DNA from: Ascidiella aspersa | Lineage: Eukaryota | Assembly: GCA_963924565.1 (NCBI GenBank) | Contig: OZ004608.1 | Location: 14,012,001 to 14,076,000 of the forward strand | Length of the DNA: 64,000 nt | Direction of reading: 5' to 3' | In this document: positions 11,501 through 22,322 of the stretch, piece after piece | Numbering within the stretch: position 1 is the stretch's first letter | How the letters are laid out: each line of letters opens with the position of its first letter | Notes under the pieces: generated by a model | The model's input: only the letters and a program-made list of their open reading frames with translations | Database searches by the model: none | Told to the model about the DNA's origin: nothing | Made by a program: the position numbers and the translations under genes

Positions 11501-14500
11501 ATGTTCCCCTTCGTTATGAAGCTGCTTGTACTAACAGATTGAGCAAGCATTGGCGTATGGTTGTTTCTCGACTCGTTCCCTTGTGAGCCTGCATAGCTCA
11601 GTTGGTAGAGCGACGGTCCCGGCTTGACCGGAGGTCGTGAGTTCGAACCTCACTGCAGGCTAGTTGTTGTTCTAGTCTGCTCTGCTTGCATCATTGATCG
11701 ACAGATTCGGTGAGTCTGCAATGGCTTTTCGGTGTACTAATAATACGTAAGCCGTTATCGTTGGTCAAAAAGCAGCTTCAGAAGGGCTAGATCTCAGTTG
11801 TAAGCACACATATATGTGTGTACATATGTTTCATTGTATTATGATATGATACTGGCGATCCCCTTCGTTATGAAGCTGCTTGTACTAACAGATTGAGCAA
11901 GCATTGGCGTATGGTTGTTTCTCGACTCGTTCCCTTCTGAGCCTGCATAGCTCAGTTGGTAGAGCGACGGTCCCGGCTTGACCGGAGGTCGTGAGTTCGA
12001 ACCTCACTGCAGGCTAGTAGTTTTTCTAGTCTGCTCTGCTTGCATCATTGATCGACAGATTCGGTGAGTCTGCAATGGCTTTTCGGTGTACTAAATGTAA
12101 TGTTCTATCATTAACTGAGTTGAAATATTACCAACACAGAACATGGGCCGCGGTTAATTGGAATTACAAGTAGCACTAAACAATACTAACATATATTGGA
12201 ATTTTTCCTCGGGCCTTGTCCTCCTTAATCGCTTCGAGAAGGGTCTCTCCCCGAACTGCTCCTAATTCATCTGCCTCCAGAAAGCGCATGTGCACCAGAG
12301 AAACTTGACCTGAATTCGATACACTTTAGGTAGAAGTTGCATTGCAGTTTTTTAACTTTACAAAAGTTGTGCCCTTGAAGACCTACTTGCTCTTTCCACG
12401 GACGAGTGACTATAAGAAGAGGTATAGGCGACCAATCGGTTCACGATCTCGCAGGTTGATTGGTCAGGGTTTAAGGCCAGTTGCTTTCGCACCGTTCTAC
12501 TTCGAGCAGAAAGCAAAGACATGAGTGTTGCTTCGCTTGCAGTTGCTGTTTGGAAGAATTTCGGTGATAGCAGTTGTACGTGATATTGTAATATATGCAT
12601 ACAAACACAACCAACTAATTGACAACCTAATGAAAAATTACAACACGAAGCAGATAAGCCATACTAATTTCTTTTATTTTGGAAAGAGCTATCCATCAAA
12701 TTATTTCCTTCGTTAGTAATATGCTACACCAGTGGTTTTCAACCGCCGGTCCGCCAAATATATTACAATTTTATATCTCAATTGTAAAATGCAAGATGTT
12801 GAAGGCTTGTCCAACAAATTTAGAACTTCGCCAGTACCGTAAATTGTAGCATTGTGACATAACATAGAGTTATTGGTCGACCTTTAACTTTATCGTACGT
12901 CACAATGCTGTTGTGCGAAACTGTTTAAAAGTAGGCTTTAACTTTTTTAAGTCTTAAATGTTAAAACCAGTTGTATGTGTCAAACCACGTATAACACATA
13001 TGATATCAAAAATACAGCAGCAAATTTCTCATTTAATTGAAGTTTCCACTCTTTGCTTTTAAGTTGCATGCTTTTGTCGTAATTACATATTGGGTTGATT
13101 TGTTTTTTTTGAACGTCCACCGGTCCTCAAATTTTGTTTTGGAATTTTACCTGTCCGTAAGCTAAAAAGATTGATAACCACTGTGCTACACTATAAAGGT
13201 GACATATCATAGTAACGGTCGGAAAACCACAACATTGCAAAGTGTCTTTGCGTCTCCAAATTCTGACCTTGAATAACCCCGCCACCTTTTCCGTTTCCTT
13301 CATTCAAGTAGAACTGTGGAAGATCAATAGCTTTTGCAAGCCAATCCATCACCACCGTTTCTAACTCGGTACAAGAAGGCGACGATTCCTAAAAAGAAAT
13401 AAGAAATTTTTAGAGTTGAATAAAATTGCTGATAAATTCTACTGAGTTCCAAGATCACAATCTTTTGTGACTTTCAAGTCACATTTCTCGTCAATTTAAT
13501 TTAATAAAACAACAAGACAACCTTAGAAATTATACAAAAAAACATTTGTATCCTGTCCTAATTATTCAGGAAAATGTTCCGGTTTGGGCTTTTTTATATA
13601 ACTTTTTGTGTTTACTGCTGTTTTTTTGCACTTAATTTGCATTTTAAAGCAAGTGAATTTTTTTAAGGCAGGGATTGGAAACCTGCAGTTCTTGGACACA
13701 ATGTAGCCTGCTTGCATATTTAATGTGAGCCGCATATTTAATGTGTCAAAGTTTTCTAAAAGTTAAAACTTAATTAAAACTCTACAAACATTACAAACAA
13801 TAAATACTAGTTATGCTGTAGTAATCAACAAGTATCCCTTTTGGAATTTCTTCTTACCCAAGTAAACCCAATATCGGCGATCGCAGTTGACAACACGTCG
13901 CCCAACATCGCCGGGTAGCTGTTAGCCGCTGGGAAAAACCCAAACATGTTGGACGAGTGCCATTGAAGAACGTTTTTGGTGACGTCAACGATATCTTTGA
14001 ACACATCCTGCCACTTTTCTCGCCCTTCGGGGGCTTCCTGGGGAACTAGGTTGCGCATGAAACCTTAAGAAAACGTAAATGGTAATTGCGTTGACTTTCT
14101 AGGCATAATCGGAAAATGTTAAGGTTTAAAAACGCTTTAACCAACAAGGTTATTTCGTGTGGCTTAAGAACACGTTTTATTTTATTGTTAAAAATCGTGA
14201 CGTAAATGCACTTTACCACAATATAATAATATATTTTTCTAGTTAGTGCTATCGGGTTCTTTTTAAGTTTCCGGTTGAATCTGGCAGATATTATATCATT
14301 TTTAACCTTGGTATTTGTGTTTTGTATTATAGAAGTCTTTTTTGTGTTTTATTAGTTACATTCTAAATCAGTGGTCGGCAAACTTTGGGCCGTGGCCCAA
14401 ATGTGGGCTGCAGAGCAATTTTTGTGGGCCGCGAGTTTCTTTTGAATAGCTTATAGTGTTTTATGTAGTTGTGGGCCGCGCGATAGACGTATTCATTGCA

Positions 14501-15573
14501 CTTGTTGGTGTGGCGTAAAATTTTTAAATTGGCTTAGCTTGGAAAGAGCCACGTGTCAAATGTAGTCCTGGGAGCCTGTCGAACTACATTTGTTGCCAAC
14601 TTTAATTATATGTAAAAGCAATTTTTTTCGCGCCTTGCGTGTATTGTTTCCTTTTATAGTGTGTTACATTAATGCATGGTAGTATTTTCAGCATCAAGTC
14701 GCCAATATGTCACCTTAAAGTCAAATATGTATCCGGCACTGTTTTCGTATAATTTTTACTTAGTGGGGGTTCAATAACTCTGAAACGAGTACTTTGGGCC
14801 AAGACAAAGAACTTTGCCGGCCACTGTACTAACGCAACTGTGGCTTTAAGGTAAATTTTTGTTACTGTTTTATATGGTTGGCTCACGGAAGGACGAATAA
14901 GCGCCAGAGTTCATTAGTCATATCAAAAAGGTATGGAAAAAAATATATATTAAGGATCACCCATTATATATTCAAAAAATGGGGGGAATGTACCAAACCA
15001 TAAATTTTGCCCGTTTTATTAATGTAAATGCCAAATGTTTTCGAATATTTTCTGTCTATCTAAATGTTGACACGAATTAGGCAAAATTGTGATAATCTTG
15101 GGAAAAACTTAAAAAAAAAGAATTGGGAAAACTTTTTCAACATAAAGGCAGAAATAGGTTGAAGACCACTGGCTTTAACGCATGTGGTAGAGGGCACTAA
15201 CTACCATCAGTTTAACCGCTGGACTGCACCGGGACAAGTTTTTAATTTATTTGCACATTTAGAACTTATACGTTGATACTGGATAAGGCATCATTTTTAC
15301 AATTCGCTACTACTACTACGATAAGTTGTAGTTACAAATAAGTTCTGCATTTTTCTGAAACATTGTGGAGTTTGCACCGGGACCCACCGACTAAGTTACT
15401 TCCTCGCTGTGGCACTTACCAGGAGTTACATCAGGCATGGGTTGAACGTCTTTAATGTCTTCGTTGTTCTGAATGATATAGTCTACCAAAGCAACTGAGG
15501 CCTCTCGATATTCTTCAGTCGTCAGTCCTCTCCGTGGTGATGCTTCGAAGACGCTTTCTGCGGTTTTGTTCAT
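5502..15573 (-). CDS. DDC: Aromatic-L-amino-acid (DOPA) decarboxylase-like group II PLP enzyme, 11 exons, 496 aa
   Basis: Exons 15573-15420, 14063-13858, 13388-13268, 12545-12387, 12309-12191, 9632-9566, 8638-8544, 7196-7129, 6739-6649, 6181-5960 and 5690-5502. All are GT-AG and phase-consistent, totalling 1491 nt. Motifs: [56 protein letters not shown] (PLP lysine), [14 protein letters not shown]. Whether this is the DDC orthologue or a lineage-specific paralogue is uncertain. Confidence 0.92.
6973..7058 (+). mobile_element. Short fragment of the 354-bp tRNA-mimic repeat family
   Basis: Matches about 11757-11848 (tcgttggt..aaaagcagcttcagaagggctaga...). Flanked by the direct repeat gaaatatgaaa at 6962-6972 and 7051-7061. 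Confidence 0.75.
8015..8404 (+). mobile_element. Diverged, circularly permuted copy (more than one unit) of the tRNA-mimic repeat family
   Basis: Colinear with the 11505-12094 array but starts at a different point of the unit and runs across the unit junction. Degenerate cloverleaf at about 8198-8270. Confidence 0.8.
10268..11456. mobile_element. Composite non-autonomous hAT element (MITE) in a DDC intron
   Basis: TIR cagtggtgggattca...tgaatcccaccactg with a perfect 8-bp TSD gtcttata (10260-10267 and 11457-11464). There is a second internal left end at 11016. Confidence 0.9.
11505..12094 (+). mobile_element. Head-to-tail 1.7-unit array of a 354-bp tRNA-mimic repeat
   Basis: Near-identical units offset by 354 bp. 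Flanked by the direct repeat ctaaatgtaatgttc at 11492-11506 and 12091-12105. Confidence 0.9.
11587..11660 (+). other. tRNA-like cloverleaf inside the repeat unit (second copy at 11941-12014); not a canonical tRNA
   Basis: Acceptor stem gcctgca/tgcaggc, D stem gctc/gagc, stem cggtc/gaccg with loop ccggctt, T stem gtgag/ctcac with a ttcgaac loop. Pol III A box (tagctcagttgg) and B box (gagttcgaac) are present. U33 and purine 37 are missing. Confidence 0.8.
12730..13183. mobile_element. hAT MITE
   Basis: TIR cagtggttttcaa...ttgataaccactg with a perfect 8-bp TSD tgctacac. Confidence 0.9.
14369..14826. mobile_element. hAT (Charlie-like) MITE
   Basis: TIR cagtggtcggcaaa...tttgccggccactg, internal gggccgc subterminal motifs, degenerate TSD. 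Confidence 0.75.
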
Positions 15574-16292
15574 GGATAATTTCTATTAAAGGCGCTGAAA
15601 ACGGTACTAAAATACCCTAAGAAGGAATGGGAATGTCGTCAAAACGAAACGGTTACAATAGGATTAATCCGATAAAATGTTGTTAAAATATATGGCTTGC
15701 ATTTCTGTTGAGCGTTAGCCTATATACTTTAGGCCTTTAGAAGGTGTCGCACACATATTTTTTGTTATTCAGCTAATCTGAAAAACCAACCTGTTCTAAA
15801 ATGGCGGCAGTTTTGAATTCGTATGACAGTATGACACGTACACTGCTTACGGTTGCCCGTGACCATCAACATTTAAACATCGGTCGTCGTGTTCATCTAC
15901 ATTGTTTATTACAGTTGGTTCAATGTTAATGTCTAGTGACGTAAAGTTGGGCAACGCAATGGGGTAAGTTAGGAACATTACTTCCTAACGCTACAAAAAT
16001 TGTACAAACTAAGAAAGGGCTAAAGTAATAGGTAAAATGTCTGATTTCGATATAAGAAAATGGTATTAATTGGCACAGAAGGCGGCATATGCAGGGTTTC
16101 TGTAGTTTATGTAATTGACTCATTTGTCTGTCCCCTTAACAAAGAACAATGTAGCTTTATATTATGTTTCCCAATTGTTGGAAAGCTAAGGCGCCATCGA
16201 GCATATACAATACGGTAGCTTGCTACATACTATAGCATCGTTTACGTTCCGGGACCCGAATTACTAAGTTACATCCTCGTTGTAGCACTTAC

Positions 16293-16446
16293 CAGGAGTT
16301 ACATCAGGCATGGGTTGAACGTCTTTAACGTCTTCGTTGTTCTGAATGATATGGTCTGCCATAGCAATCGAGGCCTCTCGACATTCTTTAGTCTTCAATC
16401 CTCTACTTGGGGATTCTTCGAAGACGCTGTCTGTGGTTTTATTCAT
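16293..16446 (-). CDS. Duplicated (distal) alternative first coding exon of the DDC-like gene
   Basis: 154-nt copy of exon 15573-15420 with an intact ATG, an open frame and the same phase-1 donor (G|gtaagtgc). It also has the same upstream cattccttcttag acceptor. 12 of 51 aa differ. Confidence 0.8.
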
Positions 16447-18285
16447 CTTTGATTTCTAATAAAAGCGCTTAAAAAAGTACTCCGATAACCTAAGAAGGAA
16501 TGCTAAAGTCGTTAAAACAAAACACAATACTAAACTTCCGATAACGGTCACAATAGGATTGTCCCGACACAATTTTTTTTAATTTATGGCTTCTGCGCGA
16601 TTTCCTATGATGTGTCGCAAACAAATTAGTTTGACAAAGTTTTAAAACAATCAAATCACATTTATGATCTCCACAGACACTCCAAAGTTATCACGTTAAA
16701 TAAATTTGCAGAAATCCGGGATTTTTCCCAACACGATATGCCAGTTTTTGTTAAAAATATGGAAATCTTCTAATGTTTATACCAATAAATCGGAATCTAT
16801 TTAGATTTTTCATTTTAATTCCATGGTATTTTTCGACATTCAAGGGCTCGACGCAGTGCTCCTGTTTAGCGCATTTTTTAATAATGTTTTTTTACTGATT
16901 TCAAACGCCTGTCTTCTTACATGGCTTCCGTGATCAATCTTTTTTAATCTACATAAAATACGTTCAGTACCCACTTTTACTGTACCAATTTTTCCAAATT
17001 TTCTTACATTCCGGCCCGAACTAGTTTTTATTTCGAGTTATGTACAAACAAAACACAGTGCCCAAATTATTTTTGGGAGGGGTACGAGCATAAAAGGCTG
17101 GGTATCTTGAAAAATATATATAGCTTCATAGCGATACGGCTTTAACCTAGAAAACATCCGTGTCGTAAATCTTTTGTACCCGTTGGCGCAATTTAAGTAG
17201 GTCATGGTGGCACAAGGCCGCACAGCCCCACTTTATAATGTGGTACAGAAGTCGACTCTGGTACAAAAGTATTCGCAAGCTACATTTATTAAATTAAATA
17301 TTAGATTTAATGGCATGACAAGAACACAAACCGTATTTGTATTTTTTTTTATAAAAGGAAATGACGTAAATGAGCCGAACGATATTAAGTTAGGAAACCA
17401 TGATTTAATTTTGTTTATTGTGATCTGTTACGACCATAAATGCAAACTTGTTTAGTTAAACTTTAGGCGAAATCGTACATAAAACAACCGATCAGAGCTT
17501 TAAAATAACGATACCTATCTCAACAAAACCTCATCACATAAACGCTGCAGCTATAACTTTGTACGAATACACCGCACCATTTACATCCGCACATTCATCC
17601 GTACGACGTTTGTCATCCGAATTACATTTTTTTCATCCGCACAAGTTGCGCCCACGGTTTGAAAACACCGATCTACATTGTTTATTACAGTTTTTTCAAT
17701 GTGAACAGTCCTATTTCAGAACAAACGTAAATCGCCTGGCGCTTGTTACCGGGTATTACTCAGCGAGATAAACACATTGAATTACATGTGTTTAACTTTA
17801 AAGTGTGAATAACCATGTAACAGGCAACATAATAAAAAATGCCGTTTGATATTTTAGCTTATTTGAAAAATAATTGTTTTTCAATAAATTTTTATGTTCA
17901 TGTTAGTTGCATAAAAAAACATAAAAAACTTTCATTCCCCAGAACATAAAAAACTTTCATTTACGCAGCTAAAATCCAGGTTGGGGGCTACAATGCAACG
18001 CGTTGATAGGCATTAAGTATCAATAATTAACGAATAATAGCACAACCAGAACTATTAACGTGACGCTTCCACATCTTTGTTATTTCAAATAGTTTTACGT
18101 CGTGATGGTTTACTTTCGATGAAATAAAGGGTAAAAAAACGTGTTCTAGGACAGGCTGACAACATTCGTGTTTACGCCATAAGAATGTTACACCGTAATT
18201 CGTGCTTTTTGCTGTATTTTGATCTGTGGTGTAAAATTTTTCAATATAATCGATAGACTAAAATTTATCTATGTTGAACTGCGAA

Positions 18286-18525
18286 ATTTATTTATAGTAT
18301 GGTTTCCAAGACAGCATCACATTATGTGGTTTTAACATATTTTTTTGGTGCCATGGGTATTTAATTTTGGCTAATGATTTATTTATAGTATGGTTTCTAA
18401 GACAGCATCACATTATGTGGTTTTAACATATTTTTTTGGTGCCATGTGTATTTAATTTTGGCTAATGATTTATTTATAGTATGGTTTCCAAGACAGCATC
18501 ACATGATGTGGTTTTAACATCTTTT
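18286..18525. repeat. Tandem repeat, about 91-bp unit x about 2.6
   Basis: atttatttatagtatggtttccaagacagcatcac... recurs at about 18286, 18377 and 18468. Confidence 0.9.
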
Positions 18526-20677
18526 TGACAATAAAAGTGCATAACAAGTAAGTTAAACAGTCAATGTTTGGTGATAAAAACAGTAGTGATAAAAAAATAG
18601 CAACTTTAATAGGAAATATAATGTTGCCTATACTGATTATTACGATGGCGATCAACCATGCAATTACGGAAATATATTCATAATAGTAGAAATCTCATAC
18701 CATTCTAGATACCCAAGCCTTTCTCTGGCCCACAATTGCTTCCTAAAGGCGGATTAGGTTCTGAAGGATATTTTGTGAAAAACACGGCGCAAAAAATTGG
18801 AAAGTTTAGTGGTTTGAGTTCGTAAAATAAAATTTGACTAGATTTGTTATTTTTAACTTATATAATTTAACCCCATTGAAATTGTTGAACTTATTACACA
18901 CTATACATAAAAGTAACCTGTATTTTAAATCTGTAGTTTGTGAGATTTGTTTTTCCATTTTACTCAATCGATTTTTCATTGATGTGGATCAAATGGACGA
19001 ACCGGTTGACTGGCATGTTTCTGTTAGTTATTTTACCCAGGTGTTGTCCACAACATCTAATGCTCCGACTTTTATGCTAGACCCGCCTTTAACCAATTGT
19101 TCCCACTTTATTAGGTGATTAAACACGATGTTCTTAACCTCTCAAGTCATCCAGAATCTGCACATCTACTACTAAAACCCGTGCTTAGAGTTCATAAGTG
19201 TGAAAAGCAAGCTTGAAATGTTTTTTATAATATTTCGAGTCGCTCTATGATGTTGATGTAGACTTATAAGATATTATTAGTTTGCGGCTTTAAGGCTATG
19301 TACGTGTTGCGGTCTTGCAACATCTTTAGCCGTTAGTAATTACTTAAGGAATACTAAATTAACACACTCAGTAACCCAGTGGGTTTTAAACATTCGTGCA
19401 TTTCATAGGCGCCGGTTACCACGCAATTTACCTCGCGAATCTGTGTATGACTATAGCATGTGATATCACTTTTTATTGTGTAGATAATGTTGGATCAATT
19501 AGGATAGTATTCAGATATAGGAATTGGTATAGTGTATTTGTCGCCTAGTATTGTTGCCGTTTTGAAGATATATTCTATGATAAGGGAAAATGTTATGTAA
19601 AAGTCTTTGATTATAGTTGTTTATTGTTTGGTCGATAATGTATGTAAGTTACTGTAATGCTTAAGCTCGTTTTTGTTGCCAATAATTAATAATGGTATTT
19701 ACGTTTCTTGGTATTTTTGAGTATCAGGCAGATAGTCTTACTGCGGCAGAAAATTAGCGCTAAGATACAAATAATCAGAACTCACGCTAAATTTTTATTT
19801 ACGATATATGAGATCGTAAAATTGGTCCCCGAGTAACTTGACGTTTTTGTTCTGCTAAAGTAATATCTGCAATCACACATTATTATATTATGTCTATTCT
19901 TGTTAATTAAATTTGACAATAATGCAGTCCGCAAAGAAAGTTTTAACGCACTTAACGGATAAAAAATAAAAACGATAACGATTTAACTCAGTTAGCACAT
20001 GAGAGGTTAGCTGCTTTGACCGTTTTAAACCAGGCTAATTATGCAGTTTGAAGTTTGGATTGCACGCCATAAAGTATAATAGGGTTGCCAGCTGATATAA
20101 TGAAATATGATCTATTGCCGGAAAGCAGTCTGTCAATGCATGGGACGCACCATGAAGCGGCCCACGTATTAACACTTTTGCGCTCTGCTTACACATGTAA
20201 AAGCTAACATTGACGCGACGCCTTTTCGCTGGAAAAACGACACGCATGTTATTTTTCCACTCCGTTTGCGCGAAAATAAAATAGCACCTGAAAGGGAAGG
20301 TCCTTTTCGCATTGTAGGCTACGTTAACGCGCACCAATTTAACTGTCGATTTGTCGCAAAATGAATTGCGCACGATTCCGCGTAATGAGGCTTATTCTAT
20401 AACCTTAAACCATAATATCACTACTGCACTACTGAATGATAAAGCATTTTAACGAAAAGTAGAATTCAACGAAATTCAATTGCTCGTTAAATTGAACGAA
20501 GTTTAAAATGCAGATTTCCGCTTGTAAATGTAAGCATTTTTCTGTGAAACAATGCATAATTATTTTGTAAATAAATAACGTATCAGACCGTGTGGTTGTG
20601 CAGTTTTATGTTTGACAATGATAGCAGTAATGCTACTTATCGTATGATTAATGTGATAATTAAGTTATATATGAATT

Positions 20678-21012
20678 GAAGTGATCGGAACACTTTTGCA
20701 AAAAATTCCGGAGGTGACGGCCACCTTTGCAAAAAACGGAAGTGATCGGAACACTTTTGCAAAAAATTCCGGAGGTGACGGCCACCTTTGCAAAAAACGG
20801 AAGTGATCGGAACACTTTTGCAAAAAATTCCGGAAGTGATCGGAACACTTTTGCAAAAAAATCCGGAGGTGACGGCCACCTTTGCAAAAAACGGAAGTGA
20901 TCGGAACACTTTTGCAAAAAATTCCGGAGGTGACGGTCACCTTTGCAAAAAACGGAAGTGTGAGGGGCACTTTTGCAACACTCCCTTGAGGTTTGAAAAA
21001 CACCTTTGCAAA
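20678..21012. repeat. Array of alternating 33-bp (A) and 28-bp (B) hairpin units inside the LTR element
   Basis: A = ggaagtgatcggaacacttttgcaaaaaattcc; B = ggaggtgacggccacctttgcaaaaaac. Order is ABABAABAB plus two degenerate units. Confidence 0.95.
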
Positions 21013-22322
21013 ATTTTTTAAAAAATCAATTTTTGTCTGATTTTTTTATCGCCTGAAATCGTAACTGCAATTATTCCATAATCAATATGCGCAGCTGGAG
21101 ATTAGTATGAACGTCTTGTGGTTTCAGAAGGTTTGGCACATGCACGGGAAAGCAGGCTAATATGCGAATGAGTTGTTAGCACGAAATGGATCGGTAACAC
21201 TAGCTATTATGGTACGTAGAATGCGATAAATGCTTCACGCTTCAGGCTGGGCCACTCTGTAAATACCGCTCACTAGCATCGTTTCATTGTTTCCCTCCAA
21301 TGATCTTGGATAGCAGCGCAGAAGACTCGTAATTGGAGTAGGGATTGGTTGCAGGTTGTTTTCCTAATCATTTTACAGCTAGGCCTGATCCCCTGGATAA
21401 CTGTGAACTAAGATTAGCGATAAAATCCTGTCATTGAGGAAGTGCGCACACTCATGTAACCATTTCCGAAGATATTCACGACGACACTAAAGTCTTGTCA
21501 GTGTTGTCCAACGTCAATTGTTTTCCGTGTTCTTCGACTTGTGGACATGCCATTCAACGTTATTCAGATGGTCAGTCACGCGCATGCAGCACGCGTCCAT
21601 GTGACACCGCGTGTCCTCCTTGCAAGACTCGGGCGGGAGCCCCTGCTTCATTAAAACTTTCAATTTCAAGAAGGAAAACTTCAAGCCTGGCGTCATTGCT
21701 TTCCTACCTGGACATCTTGGGGAAATTGGATCAAGTTTTCAGCTCCTGGCATAGAAATGCAAAGTCGTTCTTTGCAGTTGCAACCGGCCAAATGACTGGA
21801 TACGTATACAGGAAACCAATAACTGCCCTTAAATTTTCGCAAACATATCGCTATTTGAACCTCGCTTTTCTCACTTTTCTCACTTTTCGTCTAATTAATT
21901 AATTGTTACTATACAACAACGGGGTGATTTTAACGCTCCTCTCCTTGATTTATTTTTGTTAGCTTATCCACAAGAATGGTTTCCCAATAACACCATAATA
22001 ACGAACCGTAAAGCTTCCTTTCCTGTTCGTTAGCTACGGACCGCGCATGTATAAAAAGGTCGCGCCCTTTCATGTCGTTTAGCAACTGGTTCTCCTAGGG
22101 TCGCCATAGCACATAAAATAACCCTTGCCCTATTTGGCAATGTAATTAATATTTCAGTAGCTCTCGTATGTTTCAAACCGACTAACTTTCGGATAAAGCG
22201 TTTTCTTTTATGTCTTTGATTGCTTGTTTGTTTTCCGACGATTCACTATGAAATGCACAAATTTAAAACTGAACTAAATTCTAGGCTAATTATACCCTCC
22301 AAAAAACAAATAGACCAAATTC

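Noticed and set aside
11587-11660. Functional tRNA-Ala(GGC) gene
   Set aside because: The anticodon loop lacks U33 and purine 37, there is an extra base before the stem, and the loop is not conserved among the dispersed copies.
11770-11790. Hammerhead core inside the 354-bp unit (ctgaag on the minus strand)
   Set aside because: Does not fit CUGANGA and has no correctly placed GAAA/stem II. Other ribozyme classes could not be excluded by eye.
20637-21021. Four overlapping ORFs of 77-112 aa
   Set aside because: These are by-products of the stop-free tandem array and give periodic peptides.
21495-21902. Cys-rich 135-aa ORF as a gag zinc knuckle or accessory gene of the LTR element
   Set aside because: No CX2CX4HX4C pattern or other recognisable motif, and no ATG start; it cannot be supported.
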